A stretch of 64,000 nt of DNA from Mobula hypostoma (GCF_963921235.1 NC_086108.1:58344001-58408000), one strand, 5' to 3'. Numbered from the stretch's first letter, positions 11,517-24,527 are shown. Translations and numbers: made by a program. The notes: generated from the sequence alone by a model not told the origin.

Positions 11517-14452
11517 CATAAGACATAGAACATAGAACAGTACAGCACAGTACAGGCCCTTCATCCCACAATGTTGTGCCGACCCTCAGACCCTGCCTCC
11601 CATATAACCCCCCCACCTTAAATTCCTCCATATACCTGTCTAGTAGTCTCTTAAATTTCACTAGTGTATCTGCCTCCACTACTGACTCAGGCAGTGCATT
11701 CCACGCACCAACCACTCTCTGAGTAAAAAACCTTCCTCTAATATCCCCCTTGAACTTCCCACTCCTTACCTTAAAGCCACGTCCTCTTGTATTGAGCAGT
11801 GGTGCCCTGGGGAAGAGGCGCTGGCTATCCACTCTATCTATTCCTCTTATTATCTTGTACACCTCTATCATGTCTTCTCTTATCCTCCTTCTCTCCAAAG
11901 CGTAAAGCCCTAGCTCCCTTAATCTCTGATCATAATCCATACTCTCTAAACCAGGCAGCATCCTGGTAAATCTCCTGTGTACCCTTTTCAATGCTTCCAC
12001 ATCCTTCCTATAGTGAGGTGATCAGAACTGGACACAGAACTCCAAGTGTAACCTAACCAGAGTTTAAGGAGCTGCATCATTACCTCGTGACTCTTAAACT
12101 CTATCCCTCGACTTATGAAAGCTAACACCCCATAAGCTTTCTTAACTACCCTATCCACCTGTGAGGCAACCTTCAGGGATCTGTGGAAATGTATCCCCAG
12201 ATCCCTCTGCTCCTCCACACTACCAAGTATCCTGCCATTTACTTTGTACTCTGCCTTGGAGTTTGTCCTTCCAAAGTGTACCACCTCACACTTCTCTGGG
12301 TTGAACTCCATCTGCCACTTCTCAGCCCACTTCTGCATCCTATCAATGTCTTTCTGCAATCTTCGACAATCCTCTACACTATCCACAACAGCACCAACCT
12401 TTGTGTCGTCTGCAAACTTGCCAACCCACCCTTCTACACCCACATCCAGGTCGTTAATAAAAATCACGAAAAGTAGAGGTCCCAGAACAGATCCTTGTGG
12501 GACACCACTAGTCACAACCCTCAAGTCTGAATGTACTCCCTCCACCACGACCCTCTGCCTTCTGCAGGCAAGCCAATTCTGAATCCACCTGGCCAAACTT
12601 CCCTGGATCCCATGCCTTCTTTCTGAATAAGCCTACCATGTGGAACCTTGTCAAATGCCTTACTAAAATCCATATAGATCATATCCACTGCACTACCCTC
12701 ATCTATATGCCTGGTCACCTCCTCAAAGAACTCTATCAGGCTTGTTAGACACGATCTGCCCTTCACAAAGCCATGCTGAATGTCCCTGATCAGACCATGA
12801 TTCTCTAAGGGTCCATAGATCCTATTTCTAAGAATCTTTTCCAACAGCTTTCCCACCACAGATGTAAGGCTCACTGGTCTATAATTACCCGGACTATCCC
12901 TACTACCTTTTTTGAACAAGGGGACAACATTCGCCTTCCTCCAATTCTCTGGTACCATTCCAGTGGACAACGAGGACAAAGATCCTAGCCAGAGGTTTAG
13001 CAATCTCTTCCCTTGCCTCGTGGAGCAGCCTGGGGAATATTCCGTCAGGCCCCGGGGACTTATCCATCCTAATGTACTTTAACAACTCCAACACCTCCTC
13101 TCCCTTAATATCAACATGCTCCAGAACATCAACCTCACTCATATTGTCCTCATCGTCAAGTTCCCTTTCATTGGTGAATACCGAAGAGAAGTATTCATTG
13201 AGGACCTCGCTCACTTCCACAGCCTCCAGGCACATCTTCCCACCTTTATCTCTGATCGGTCCTACCTTCACTCCTGTCATCCTTTTTTTTCTTCACATAA
13301 TTGAAGAATGTCTTGGAGTTTTCCTTTACCCTACTCACCAAGGCCTTCTCATGCCCCTTTCTTACTCTCCTCAGCCCCTTCTGAAGCTCCTTTCTTGCTT
13401 CCCTATATTCCTCAATAGACCCATCTGATCCTTGCTTACTAAACCTCATGTATGCTGCCTTCTTCCACCTGACTAGATTTTCCATCTCACTTGTCACCCA
13501 TGGTTCCTTCACCCTACCATTCTTTATCTTCCTCACCAGGACAAATTTATCCCTAACATCCTGCAAGAGATCTCTAAACATCGACCACATGTCCATAGTA
13601 CATTTCCCTGCAAAACATCATCCCAATTCACACACGCAAGTTCCAGCCTTATAGCCTCATAATTTGCCCTTCCCAAATTAAAATTTTTCCTGTCCTCTCT
13701 GATTCTATCATTTTCCATGATAATGCTAAAGGCCAGGGAGCAGTGGTCACTGTCCCCCAGATGCTCACCCACTGAGAGATCTGTGACCTGACCCGGTTCA
13801 TTGCCTAATACTAGATCCAGTATGGCATTCCCCCGAGTCGGCCTGTCAACATACTGTGACAGGAATCCATCCTGGACACACTTAACAAACTCTGCCCCAT
13901 CTAAACCCTTGGAACTAATCAGGTGCCAATCAATATTAGGGAAGTTAAAGTCACCCATGATAACAACCCTGTTAGTTTTGCACCTTTCCAAAATCTGCCT
14001 CCCAATCTGCCCCTCGGTATCTCTGCCGCTACCAGGGGGCCTGCAGTATACTCCCAATAGAGTAACTGCTCCCTTCCTGTTCCTGACTTCCACCCATACT
14101 GACTCAAAAGAGGATCCTGTTACATTACCCACCCTTTCTGTAGCTGTAATAGTAACTCTGATCAGTAATGCCAACCCTCCTCCCCTTTTCCCCCCTCTCT
14201 CCCTTTTAAAGCACTGAAATCCAGGAATATTGAGAATCCATTCCTGCCCTGGTGCCAGCCAAGTCTCTGTAATGGCCACTACATCATAATTCCAAGCTCT
14301 CAGTTCATCACCTTTGTTCCTGATGCTTTGAAGTACACGCACTTTAGCCCTTCTACCTTACTACCTTTTCACCCTTTATTCTGCTTCTCTTTCCTCAAAG
14401 CCTCTCTATATATTAGATCTGGCTTTACTCCATGCACTTTTTTCATTGCTCT
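11517..14452 (-). mobile_element. CR1 LINE, near-complete ORF2 with frameshifts
   Basis: Overlapping minus ORFs 13533-14342 (APE endonuclease), 12521-13596, 11988-12596 ([18 protein letters not shown]) and 11398-12000. (TTCTATG)n tail. Confidence 0.95.
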
Positions 14453-15041
14453 ATCTAGAAGAATTAGGCCATTCAGGCTATCAAGTCTGCTCAACCATTT
14501 CATCATGGCCGATCTACTTCTCTCTCAACCCATTCTCCTGACTTCTCTCTTTAACTTTCCACACCCCGACTAATCAAAAAACTATCAACCTCTGCCTTAA
14601 ATACACCCAATGACCTGGCCTCCATAGCTGCCTGTGGCAACAAATTCCACTAATTCTCCACCCTCTGGCTAAAGAAATTCCTGCACCTCCATTCTAAATG
14701 GACGTCCCTCTATTCTGAGGTTGTGCTCTCTGATCCTAGCCTCCCCTACCACAGAAAACATCCTCTTCACAGCCACTCGATCAAGGCCTTCAACATTCAA
14801 TAAGTTTCAATGAGATTCCCCCTCATTTTTCTAAACCTTGGCGAGTACGGCCCAGACCCATCAAACACTCCTCATATGATGATCCTCTCATTCCTGGGAT
14901 CATTCTTATGAATCTCCTCTGAAATCCTCTTCAATGTCAGCACATCCTTTCTTAGATAAGGGACCCAAAACTGCTCTAAGTGAGGCCTTGCCAGTGCCTT
15001 ATAAAGCCTCAGCTTTTAGAAGCTTATCATCCTTGCTTTTA

Positions 15042-15670
15042 CAGACATCCCACCCTGCAAAAACTCATTTCAGGGAGGTAGCACCCCTGCCCCCTGCAAT
15101 CCCATATCCCCCCTACCCCCGGTCGACCTCCAGGGGTGTATGTAATACTTTGTTTAGTGATTTTGTATAATCTGTAAACCAAGTTGGGTATATGCAGAAA
15201 ATGTGGCATTAAAATATGTACTTATATTATGTTTATTCTATTACAACTTTAAATCTACAGGGTGTTTGGCCTCAACATGTAGGACATCAATCGCATAGCT
15301 CCTTAGCAGCTAGCTAGCTAGTTTAAATAACGTTAGCTATGCTAATGAACGAATGACACTTGTTAAACTCACCTCAACACGTCTTTTAGTCTTAACCCAC
15401 CATGGGCAATAGAAAAGTCACTGTTGCAAACAGTGCAGCGAACAACACTGTCATTATTTTTGAGGTCGACTGTAAAGCCCACCCATGGAGAAAACTGATT
15501 GATCTCTCTTCGTGCTAAGTAGACCTATCAGAATGCTCGCTCTCGCCCTCCCTCTTTAAAAAAAAAAAAAAAATCGATTTCTGGGATATTGTATATAATT
15601 GCCGGGCATCAGGGAGCCGCTATCAATATGCGGGAGACTCCCAGAACTTCCGGGAGAGGTGGGATGTCTG
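15042..15670 (-). mobile_element. Non-autonomous hAT-like DNA transposon, 6-bp TSD CTTTTA
   Basis: TIRs CAGACATCCCACC / GGTGGGATGTCTG; CTTTTA at 15036-15041 and 15671-15676; second copy at 24620-26048. Strand taken from the transposase-like remnant. Confidence 0.85.
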
Positions 15671-16357
15671 CTTTTATATTCTAGTCCACTTGAAATGAAT
15701 GCCAACATTGCATTTGCTTTCCTCACCACCAACCCAACCTGCAAGTTAACTGCATGAGGACTCCCAAGACCGTTTGCACCTCTGAATTTTGAATTTTCTC
15801 CCCATTTAGAAATAGTCTGCGGCTTTATTCCTTCTACCAAAGTGCATGACCATACACTTCCTGACACTGCATTCCATCTGCTACTTTTGTCTATTCTCCT
15901 AATTCAAGTCCTTCTGCTTTCTCAACACTACCTGCCCCTCCACCTATCTTTGTATCATCCGAAACTTGGCCACAAACCCATCAACTCCATTATCCAAATC
16001 ATTGACATACAGCTTAAAGTGGTCCCAACATCCACCCCTGCAGAAATCTGCTAGTCACTGGCAGAAAAGGCTCCCTTTATACCTACTCTTTACCTCCTGC
16101 CAATCAGCTAATGTTCTGTCCTTGCTGGTATCTTTCCTGCAACACCATGGGCCCTCATGTGCAGCACCTTGTCAAAGGCCTTCTGAAAATCCAAGTAAAC
16201 ATCCACTGGCTCTCCTTTGTTTCTTTTGCCTGTTGTATCCTCAAAGATTTCTAACAGATTTGTCAGGTAACATTTTCCCTCAAGGAAACCATGCTGCGTT
16301 TGGCCTATTTTAATCATGTGCCTCCAAGTACCCTGAAACCTCATCATTAACATCAAC

Positions 16358-16921
16358 ATAGGAGGGAGGATAAGATGGCGACGCGATGCAGCGCACGCAG
16401 CCATTCTGAATGAATATCGATATGTGTAACTAGGGGCCGTGCATCAATCCAGATTTGATGGGGACAGCCGTGAAAGCGCAGAGGAACATCTGGAGCAACT
16501 TCTGAAATGCCTGCTTCGCTGCTGCTACTGTGTGATCGAGAATCTCCAGAGACGTAGGCCCCAAATCCTCCGCTTTGTGTATGGCCTGTTGCCGGGGCTG
16601 GGGTTGAAACGCTCAGCAGAGATGGTACTCAGCCAGACTCGGAATCGGACTGTGGTTGGATGCTTCCGGGATGCTGCATCAGCAAGTTGGCGGCGCTGGG
16701 GGTTTACCGTCTGCGTGAAATGATGGGATGGTCTGTTCTTATCAAATTACGGTATTGCTTTGCACTGTTGTAACTATATGTTATAATTATGTGGTTTTTG
16801 TTAGTTTTTAAGTCGGTATGTCGTGTTTCGTGATAGCATTCTGGAAAAACATTTTTATCATTTCTTAATGCATGCATTACTAAATGACAATAAAAGAGGA
16901 CTGCGTGTCCTCATAATCATA
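16358..16921 (+). mobile_element. Non-coding, probably non-autonomous retroposon nested in CR1
   Basis: CpG-rich head with AAGATGGCG (16372-16380), T-rich 3' part, AATAAA and a short (CATAAT) tail; interrupts CR1. Confidence 0.55.
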
Positions 16922-17944
16922 ACTCCAACATCTTCCCAGCTACTGAGGTTAGGCTAACTGGCCTACAATTTCTTTTCTTCTGCCTCCCTCCTTTCTTGAA
17001 GAGTGGAATGCTATTTGCAATTTTCCAGAGGTTCTTGAAAGATCATTACTAAAAACTCCACAATCGCAAATTGCAGGGTGAATTCTATCATATTATGATC
17101 ACTGTCTCCTGAGCGTTCTTTTACCTTAAGCTCTCTATCAAACCTGATAAATTCTTTCTCTTGGGATCCAGCACCAACCTGACATTCTCCAATCAACCTT
17201 CATATTGAAATTCTCCATCACGATCATAATATCGTCCTTCTGACATTCCTTTTCTATTTCTCATTGTAATTTGTAATCCACACCTTGGGATTATAAATCC
17301 AAGGATTTGATTTAATCTTTCACCATCAGAGCCATGCCACCCCCTATCTGCCTGTTCTTTTGATATAACCTGTATCCTCAGATGTTAAGCTCCCAACTAC
17401 AATCTTCTTTCAGCCATGACTCAGTGATGTCCACATCATACCTGCCAACACTGAACTGTGCAACAAGATCACCCATCCTCTTCTATATACTGCATCCATT
17501 CAAATATAACACTTTCAGTCCTGCATTCATCACCCCTTTCAATTTTGCCCCGTTACACTGCATCTCATCCCACTGACTTTTTTCCTATTACTATTCTACG
17601 TTATTTCTATTAAAATGTTTATTGTTTCTCAGCTTTCATTTTATACATTTCTTCTGGAACCAAAAGTTTTAGGCCATGTTATATATTTTATTTCAATATA
17701 TAAAATATTGAAGTGAATTCAATGGAGAAAAGAACTAATTAAAACTGAGCTTTTCCACACCAAATACCATTTAAAATTAGGTGACATTCTCTTGTACCAA
17801 AGACTACATTAGTTATAGATTATTCTTAATCAATGAAAGGAAGACTTGCTCTTGAATAAATTCTTAAATTTTATGACATTAGGCAATTCAGTAAGAGTAG
17901 AAGTTTGCAGTAAATCATAAACATTGTAGTAAAGATTTAGTCTA

Positions 17945-20418
17945 CAAACAGTAGTAAGGATGTGGTCTACAAATTACAAAACGAGATAGAAAATGCATGT
18001 CAAAAGAGCAATGTCACGATAGTCATGGGGGATTTCAATATGCAGGTGGATTAGAAAAATCAGGTTGGTCCTGAATCCTAAGAAGGGAATTTTCTAGAAT
18101 GCCTACGAGATAGCTTTTTAGAGCAGTTAAAGGCTGAGCCCACTAGGGGATCAGCTACTCTGGACTGGGTGCTGTGCAATAAACTGGAATTGAGTTTAAG
18201 GTAAAGGAACCCTTAGGGCCAGTGATCATAATATCATAGCATTCACCCTGCAGATTGAGGGGAAGAAGTTAAAATCAGATGTATCAGTGATACAGTGGAG
18301 TAAAGGGAATTGCAGACACATGAGAGGAGAGCTGGCCAAAATTGATTGGAAAGGAATACTAGCAGGGATGACAGCAGAACAGCAATGGCTGGAATTTCTG
18401 GGAGCAATTCAGAATATATACTTTGCAAAGTAGTATTCCATACAGGATAACAACCATAGCTGACAAGAGAAGTCAAAGTCAAGATAAAAGCCAAGGAGAT
18501 GGCATATAATAGAGCAAAAATTAGTGGGAAGTTAGAAGACTAGGAAGATTCAAAAACCAACAGAAGGCAACTAAAAAAGTCATAGAGGAAAAGGGGGAAC
18601 ACCAAGTTAGATTAGCCAATAATATTAGAGGATACCAAAAGATATACAAAGTGTACAAGAGAGGGAAGAGTAGATATTGGACCTCTGGAAGATGATGCTG
18701 GAGAGGTAGTAATGAGGACAAGGAAATGGCAGATAAACTAAGTATTTTGCATCAGTCTTCACTGTGGAAGACACTAGCAGTATGCCGGAAGTTCGAGAGT
18801 GTCAGGGAACAGAAGCGTGTGAAGTTACCATTACTAGGGAGAAAGCTCTTGGAAGACTGAATGGTCTGAAGGTAGATAAGTCACTTGGACCAGTTGGTCT
18901 ACACCCCAGGGTTTTGGAAAGAGGTAGCTGAAGGGATTAGAGGCATTTGTAATGATCTTTCAAGAATCCATTGATTTTGGCATGGTTTTAGGTACTGAAA
19001 AATTGCAAATGTCACTGCACTCTTCAAGAACGGAAGAGAGGCAGAAGGAAGGAAATTATTCTGACCTCAGTTGGGAAGATGTTGGAGTTGATTGTTAAGG
19101 ATGTGGTTTTTGGGGTACTTGAAAGCATATGATAAAAAAAGGCATAAGATAAAAAAATGGTTTCTTCAAGAGAAAATCTTGTCTGACAAATCTGTTGGAA
19201 TTCTTTGAAGAAATAACAAGCAGGATAGACAAAGGAGAATTTGTTGATTTGGATTTTCAGAAGGCCTTTGACAAGATGCCATACATAAGGCTGCTTAACG
19301 AGTTAAGAGCCCATGGTGTTACAAGAAAGATGCTAGTATGGATAAAGCAGCGGCTGATTAGCAAGAGGCAAAGAGTGGGAATAAAAGGAGCCTTTTCTGG
19401 TTGTCTACCTGTGACTAGTGGTGCTCGACAGGGGTCTGTTTTGGGACCACTTCTTTTTAAGCTGTACATCAATGATTTGGATAATGGAATTGATGGCTTT
19501 GTTGCAAAGTTTGTAATTGATATGAAGGCAGGTGGAGGGGCAGGTGGTTTTGAGGAAGTAGAGGGGTTTCTGGCCAGGTTTTGGATGATACAAAGATAGG
19601 TGGAGGTACAGACAGTGTTGAGGAAGCAGAAGGACTTGGATTCGGAGAATGGGCAAAGTACCCATGGAGTAGTGTCAGGAAGTGTACAGTCATGCACTTC
19701 GGTAGAAGAAATAAAAGCATATATTATTTTTTAAATGAAGAGAAAATTTATAAAAATCTGAGGTGCAGTCAGACTTGGGAAGGCAAATGCAGTGCTAGCA
19801 TTCATTTCAAGAGGACTAGAGTATTAAGCATGGATGTAACATTGAGGCTTTATAAAGCACAGGTGAGCCCTCACTTGGGAGTTTTCTGAGCAGTTTTGTG
19901 CCCCTTAACTAAGAAAAGATGTACTGACACTGGACAGGATTCAAAGGAGGTTCACAAAAATTATTCTGTGAAAGGCTCATCATATGAGGTATATTTTATG
20001 GCTCTGGGCCTCTGCTCATGGGAATTCAGAAAAAATGAGGGGCGACCTCATTGAAAACTAACAAATGTTGAAAGGCCTCGCTAGCGTGGATGTGGAGAGG
20101 ATGTTTCCTATGGTGGGGGAGTCCAAGGCCAGAGGTCACAGCCTCAGAATACAAGGACATCCTTTTAGAATGGGGAGGATGATTTTTTTTTTCCTGTCAG
20201 AGTGGTGAATCAGTGGAATTCATTGTCACAGGCAGCTGTGGAGGCCAAGTTATTGGGTATATTTAAGGCAGAGGGTGATGGATTCTGGATTCGTCAGGGC
20301 ATGAAGGGATACTGGAGGAGATTGGGGCTGAGAGGGGAAATGGATCAGCCGTTATGAAATGGCAGCGCAGACTTGATGGGCTAAATGGCCTAATTCTGCT
20401 CCTGTATCTTATGGTCTA
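17945..20418 (+). mobile_element. Decayed CR1 LINE ORF2
   Basis: VMGDFNMQVD-like endonuclease segment, LDFQKAFDK, QGSVLGPLLF; CR1-type 3' end ...TCTTATGGTCT. Confidence 0.88.
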
Positions 20419-20640
20419 AACACAAGATTCTGCAGATAATGGAAATCTACAGCAATACACACACAAAATGCTGAAGGAACTCAGTAAATCAGGCAGCATC
20501 TATGGAGGGGAATAAACAATTGACATTTTAGGCCAAGACTCTTCATTGGGACTGGAAAAGAAAGGAGCAGACTCCATAGATGCTGCCTGACCTGAGTTTC
20601 TCCACCATTTTGTGTATGTTGCTCAGAATTTTGCAGCAGT
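20419..20640. mobile_element. Hairpin mini-element made of two inverted Penelope termini
   Basis: Arms 20461-20507 and 20572-20615 are imperfect reverse complements; the loop holds a decayed hammerhead (20517-20554, minus). Confidence 0.75.
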
Positions 20641-21219
20641 CCATTCAGCCTGACAAATTTCAGGTTTTGTTTAATATCTTACACAAGCCTCCTTACTCTG
20701 AATAAATTAATCTATTTAATTCATCATAAATAAAAAGTGGAACAAGTTTCATGGCAACATGTCAGCAAGTAGAACAACAGTTATGTATAACATTTCAAGG
20801 ATGCACCGTCACTTAGCAAAAAAAACTACAGGAGGGACAGTCAACATGTACTAATGAAGAGTCTTAAACACAGACACTGATCATTTCTCTGCCTGACCTG
20901 CGTTCCTTCAGCAGATTGTTTTTCTTTGCTCCAGATTGCAGCATCTACAATCACTTGTGTCTGTACTATTTACCTAGCTGTTTGGCAAAATAAAGATGCA
21001 CCATTGGGCTGTATTTCTCTGACAGAATGGTGTTGATAAACCTTAAATTTCCTTGATATTCTATCATGTGTAAATATTTGTTATATTTACACCATCTCAA
21101 TGGCAGAAAGTCAAGGAAATTCAGAAACATCCATCATAAGAACTCAAATACTCTAGATCTTTTCAAAAAACATAGCTAGCCCTCTATATTTTTATATTTT
21201 GGCAGATGGAACTTGTCAT

Positions 21220-22535
21220 CTTGCATATGACAAGATAGGCAGAACTCAGCATGGTTTCCTTAAAGGAAAATCCTGCCTGACAAACCTATTGCAATTTTTT
21301 GAGGAAATTACCAGTAGGCTAGACAAGGGAGATGCAGTGGATGTTGTATATTTGGATTTTCAGAAGGCCTTTGACAAGGTGCCGCACATGAGGCTGCTAA
21401 ACAAGAGCCCATGGAATTACGAGAAAGTTACATACGTGGATAGGGCGTTGGCTGATTGGCAGGAAACACAGGGGGAATAAAAGGGATCCCATTCTGGTTG
21501 GCTGCCGGTTACCAGTGGTGTTCCACAGGGGTCCGTGTTGGGGCCGCTTCTTTTTACATTGTACATCAACGATTTGAATTATGGAATAGATGGCTTTGTG
21601 GCTAAGTTTGCTGATGATACAAAGATAGGTGGAGGGGCCGGAAGTGCTGAGGAAACAGAGAGTCTGCAGAGAGACTTGGACAGATTGGGAGAATGGGCAA
21701 AGAAGTGGCAAATGGAATACAATGTTGAAAAGTGTATGGTTATGCACTTTGGCAGAAGAAATAAATGGGCAGACTATTATTTAAATGGGGAAAGAATTCA
21801 AAGTTCTGAGATGCAATGGGACTTGGGAGTCCTCGTGCAGGATACCCTTAAGGTTAACCTCCAGGTTGAGTCGGTGGTGAAGAAGGCGAATGCAATGTTG
21901 GCATTCATTTCTAGAGGAACAGAGTATAGAAGCAGGGATGTGATGTTGAGGCTCTGTAAGGCACTGGTAAGACCTCACTTGGAGTACTGTGTGCAGTTTT
22001 GGGCTCCTTATTTAAGGAAGGATGTGCTGACGTTGGAGAGGGTTCAGAGAAAACTCACTAGAATGATTCCGGGAATGAGAGGGTTAACATATGAGGAATG
22101 TTTGACCGCTCTTGGACTGTACTCCTTGGAGTTTAGAAGAATGAGGGGAGACGTCATAGAAACATTTCGAATGTTGAAAGGCATGGACAGAGTGAATGTG
22201 GCAAAGTTGTTTCCCATGGTGGGGGAGTCTAGTACGAGAGGGCATGACTTAAGGATTGAAGGGCGTCCATTCAGAACAGAGATGTGAAGAAACTTTTTTA
22301 GCCAGAGGGTGGTGAATCTGTGGAATATGTTGCCATGGGCAGCAGTCGAAGTCATGTCATTGGGTGTATTTAAGGCAGAGAGTGATAGGTATCTGAGTTG
22401 CCAGGGCATCAAAGGTTATGGTGAGAAGGCGGAGAAGTGGGACTAAATGGGAGAATGGATCAGCTCATGATAAAATGGCAGAGCAGACTCGATGGGCTGA
22501 ATAGCCAACTTCTGCTCCTTTGTCTTATGGTCTTA
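21220..22535 (+). mobile_element. 5'-truncated, relatively young CR1 LINE
   Basis: ORFs 21199-21480 and 21535-22287 (YLDFQKAFDKVPH, KFADDTK, RPHLEYCVQFW); TCTTATGGTCTTA end. Confidence 0.93.
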
Positions 22536-22539
22536 ATAC

Positions 22540-23305
22540 AGACAGGTGAGAGTACAAACCAGGGTAGGACTTGCACAGCAAATGGTAGGACAGTAAGGTG
22601 TGTAGTAGAATAAAGGGATATGGAAATACAGATCTATTCTATAATTCCTTAAAAGTAGCATCACAGGTAAATAGGGTCGTAAGGAAAGATTCTGATACAT
22701 TGCCCTTCATAAACTAAGAGTGTTGAGTACAGTCATTGGAATGTTGAAGTTGTACAAAATGTTGGTGAGGCCAAATTTTGAGTATTGTGCACAGTTCTGG
22801 TCACCTACCTTCAGGAAATATATCAATAAGCTTGGAGAGTGCAGAGGAAATTTACAAGGATGTTGCTAAGACTTGAACACCAGAGTTATCAGGAAAGATT
22901 GATTAGGTTAGAACTTTATTTCCTGGAGTGTAGGAGAAGGAGGGGAGATCTTCAAGGCATATAAAATTATGTGGAGTATAAATAGGGTAAATGCAAGCTG
23001 GTTTTCCCCCTGTGGTTGGGTGAGACTGGAACTAGAGGTCATAGGCTTAAGGATGAAAGGTGAAATATTGAAGGGTAACCTGAGGGAAACTTCTTTACTC
23101 AGAGGGTGGTATGATAGTGGAATGAGCTGCCAACCTAAGTAGTTGATACTGGTTTGATTGCAATATTTATGAGAAGTTTGGATAGGTACAAGGCTAAGAG
23201 GGCTACAGTCCAGGTGCAGGTAGATGGGACTAGACAGCAAAAGAAAAGGTTGGCATGTACTAGATGGGCTGAAGGGTCTTTGCTGCTTTGTAGTTCTCAG
23301 TGACC
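22540..23305 (+). mobile_element. Older CR1 3' fragment
   Basis: GAGTATTGTGCACAGTTCTGGTCACC (EYCAQFWSP) and FFTQRVV-like segments. Confidence 0.8.
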
Positions 23306-23877
23306 ATTTTCCTCTTAAAAAAAAATACCAGCATGCATGGAGGGATTAGAGAAATTTAATAATTAGTGACAGATGTCATATTGGACAACGGAATCATTTG
23401 GGCCAACAGGTTTGAGTTTTTTTTGCAATTAAAAAAAGTGAAGTTCATAATATGGGAGAGAGATTAATAAGACAATGGGATCCTTCCACACAAAGATTTG
23501 TAAACTCATGATAAATCAGATGAACAACTGCATAATAGTGGCAGAAATTTAAGGTATTAACAGTGAACATTCAATAATTTAGTCTTAGAAGTATAGCATG
23601 CAAGCCGAAGTCTTTTTATTGCTTCCTAATGACATTTAGAACCCAGCAGAGAAATATGAAATAAATATCAAACAACACATTAAAATTAGTGTATCTCATG
23701 GTGGGGATGATTTTGGTTGATAAATTTGTTGATTTTGTCATTTCAAATCTTATGCCACTTTATCAATTATGAAGCACATGCACCAAGTACTAAAGGAAGT
23801 TACACCTGAAGAATCCAAACACCTGCTTTGTTTATTCACTAAACTAGCAATTCCTTTACATCATCAAGGCTGCTTAC

Positions 23878-23978
23878 CTAATTTAACAGGAAATCCTGGT
23901 GGAAGTTTCATCTGAACAAATTCTCTGAGTTTATTAAAGTGCTTGAAGGGTGCTATGACTTCTAAAACATTCAGTAAT
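23878..23978 (-). CDS. ANKRD13C: ANKRD13C coding exon
   Basis: gatag|A ... G|gtaagc. LLNVLEVIAPFKHFNKLREFVQMKLPPGFPVKL. Confidence 0.95.
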
Positions 23979-24428
23979 CTATCAGTAAGAGACAAAAACA
24001 ATGAAAAAATTAGGCAATATGAATCAATTTAGCTCTAAAATAACAGAAAAGACACAGAATCAACTCATAAGTTGCTTCTGTGAGATGGATAAGCAAATTT
24101 TGATACTGGGTGCCGATATCTACATAGAACACCTTATAAACAATGGATAAGCTCACTTAAAATACATACTTCTAAAATCATATGATTATTAAAGTTTTGG
24201 TACAGAAATCTCAAGAGAGGAATGGAATAGGAAAATTGCACAATTTTCCTGCAAAAGAAAAATTTATTAAAAAACTGCAATATGTGGAAAGTCATTAAGC
24301 AAAACAAAGGCTTTGTAGAAAATTATAAACTACGCAATTTTCTAAACAAATACTTTCAGTTACAAATACACAAGTTGTATATTTGCATCATATTTCCAGC
24401 TAGTACACATCCATACAAAGCTACTCAC

Positions 24429-24527
24429 GAGTCAATGCCCAGAGGAAACTCTTGGCTCATGGCTATTGTGGCTTTGAATGTCTTTTTGCTCTCTTTGCAG
24501 ACTAGTTCTCTTCCAAGATGTGGAGCC
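24429..24527 (-). CDS. ANKRD13C: ANKRD13C coding exon
   Basis: cctag|G ... TC|gtgagt. APHLGRELVCKESKKTFKATIAMSQEFPLGIDS. Confidence 0.95.

Larger units (their letters stand above)
14456..17575 (-). mobile_element. Decayed CR1 LINE with two nested insertions
   Basis: YLDFQKAFDKVLH and KANAMLAFISSGLEYKS pieces; CR1 sequence resumes across the inserts at 15042-15670 and ~16358-16921. Confidence 0.85.

Noticed and set aside
20850..20962. Additional hammerhead copies at ~20851 and ~30600
   Set aside because: Flanks look Penelope-derived, but the core is too decayed to call.
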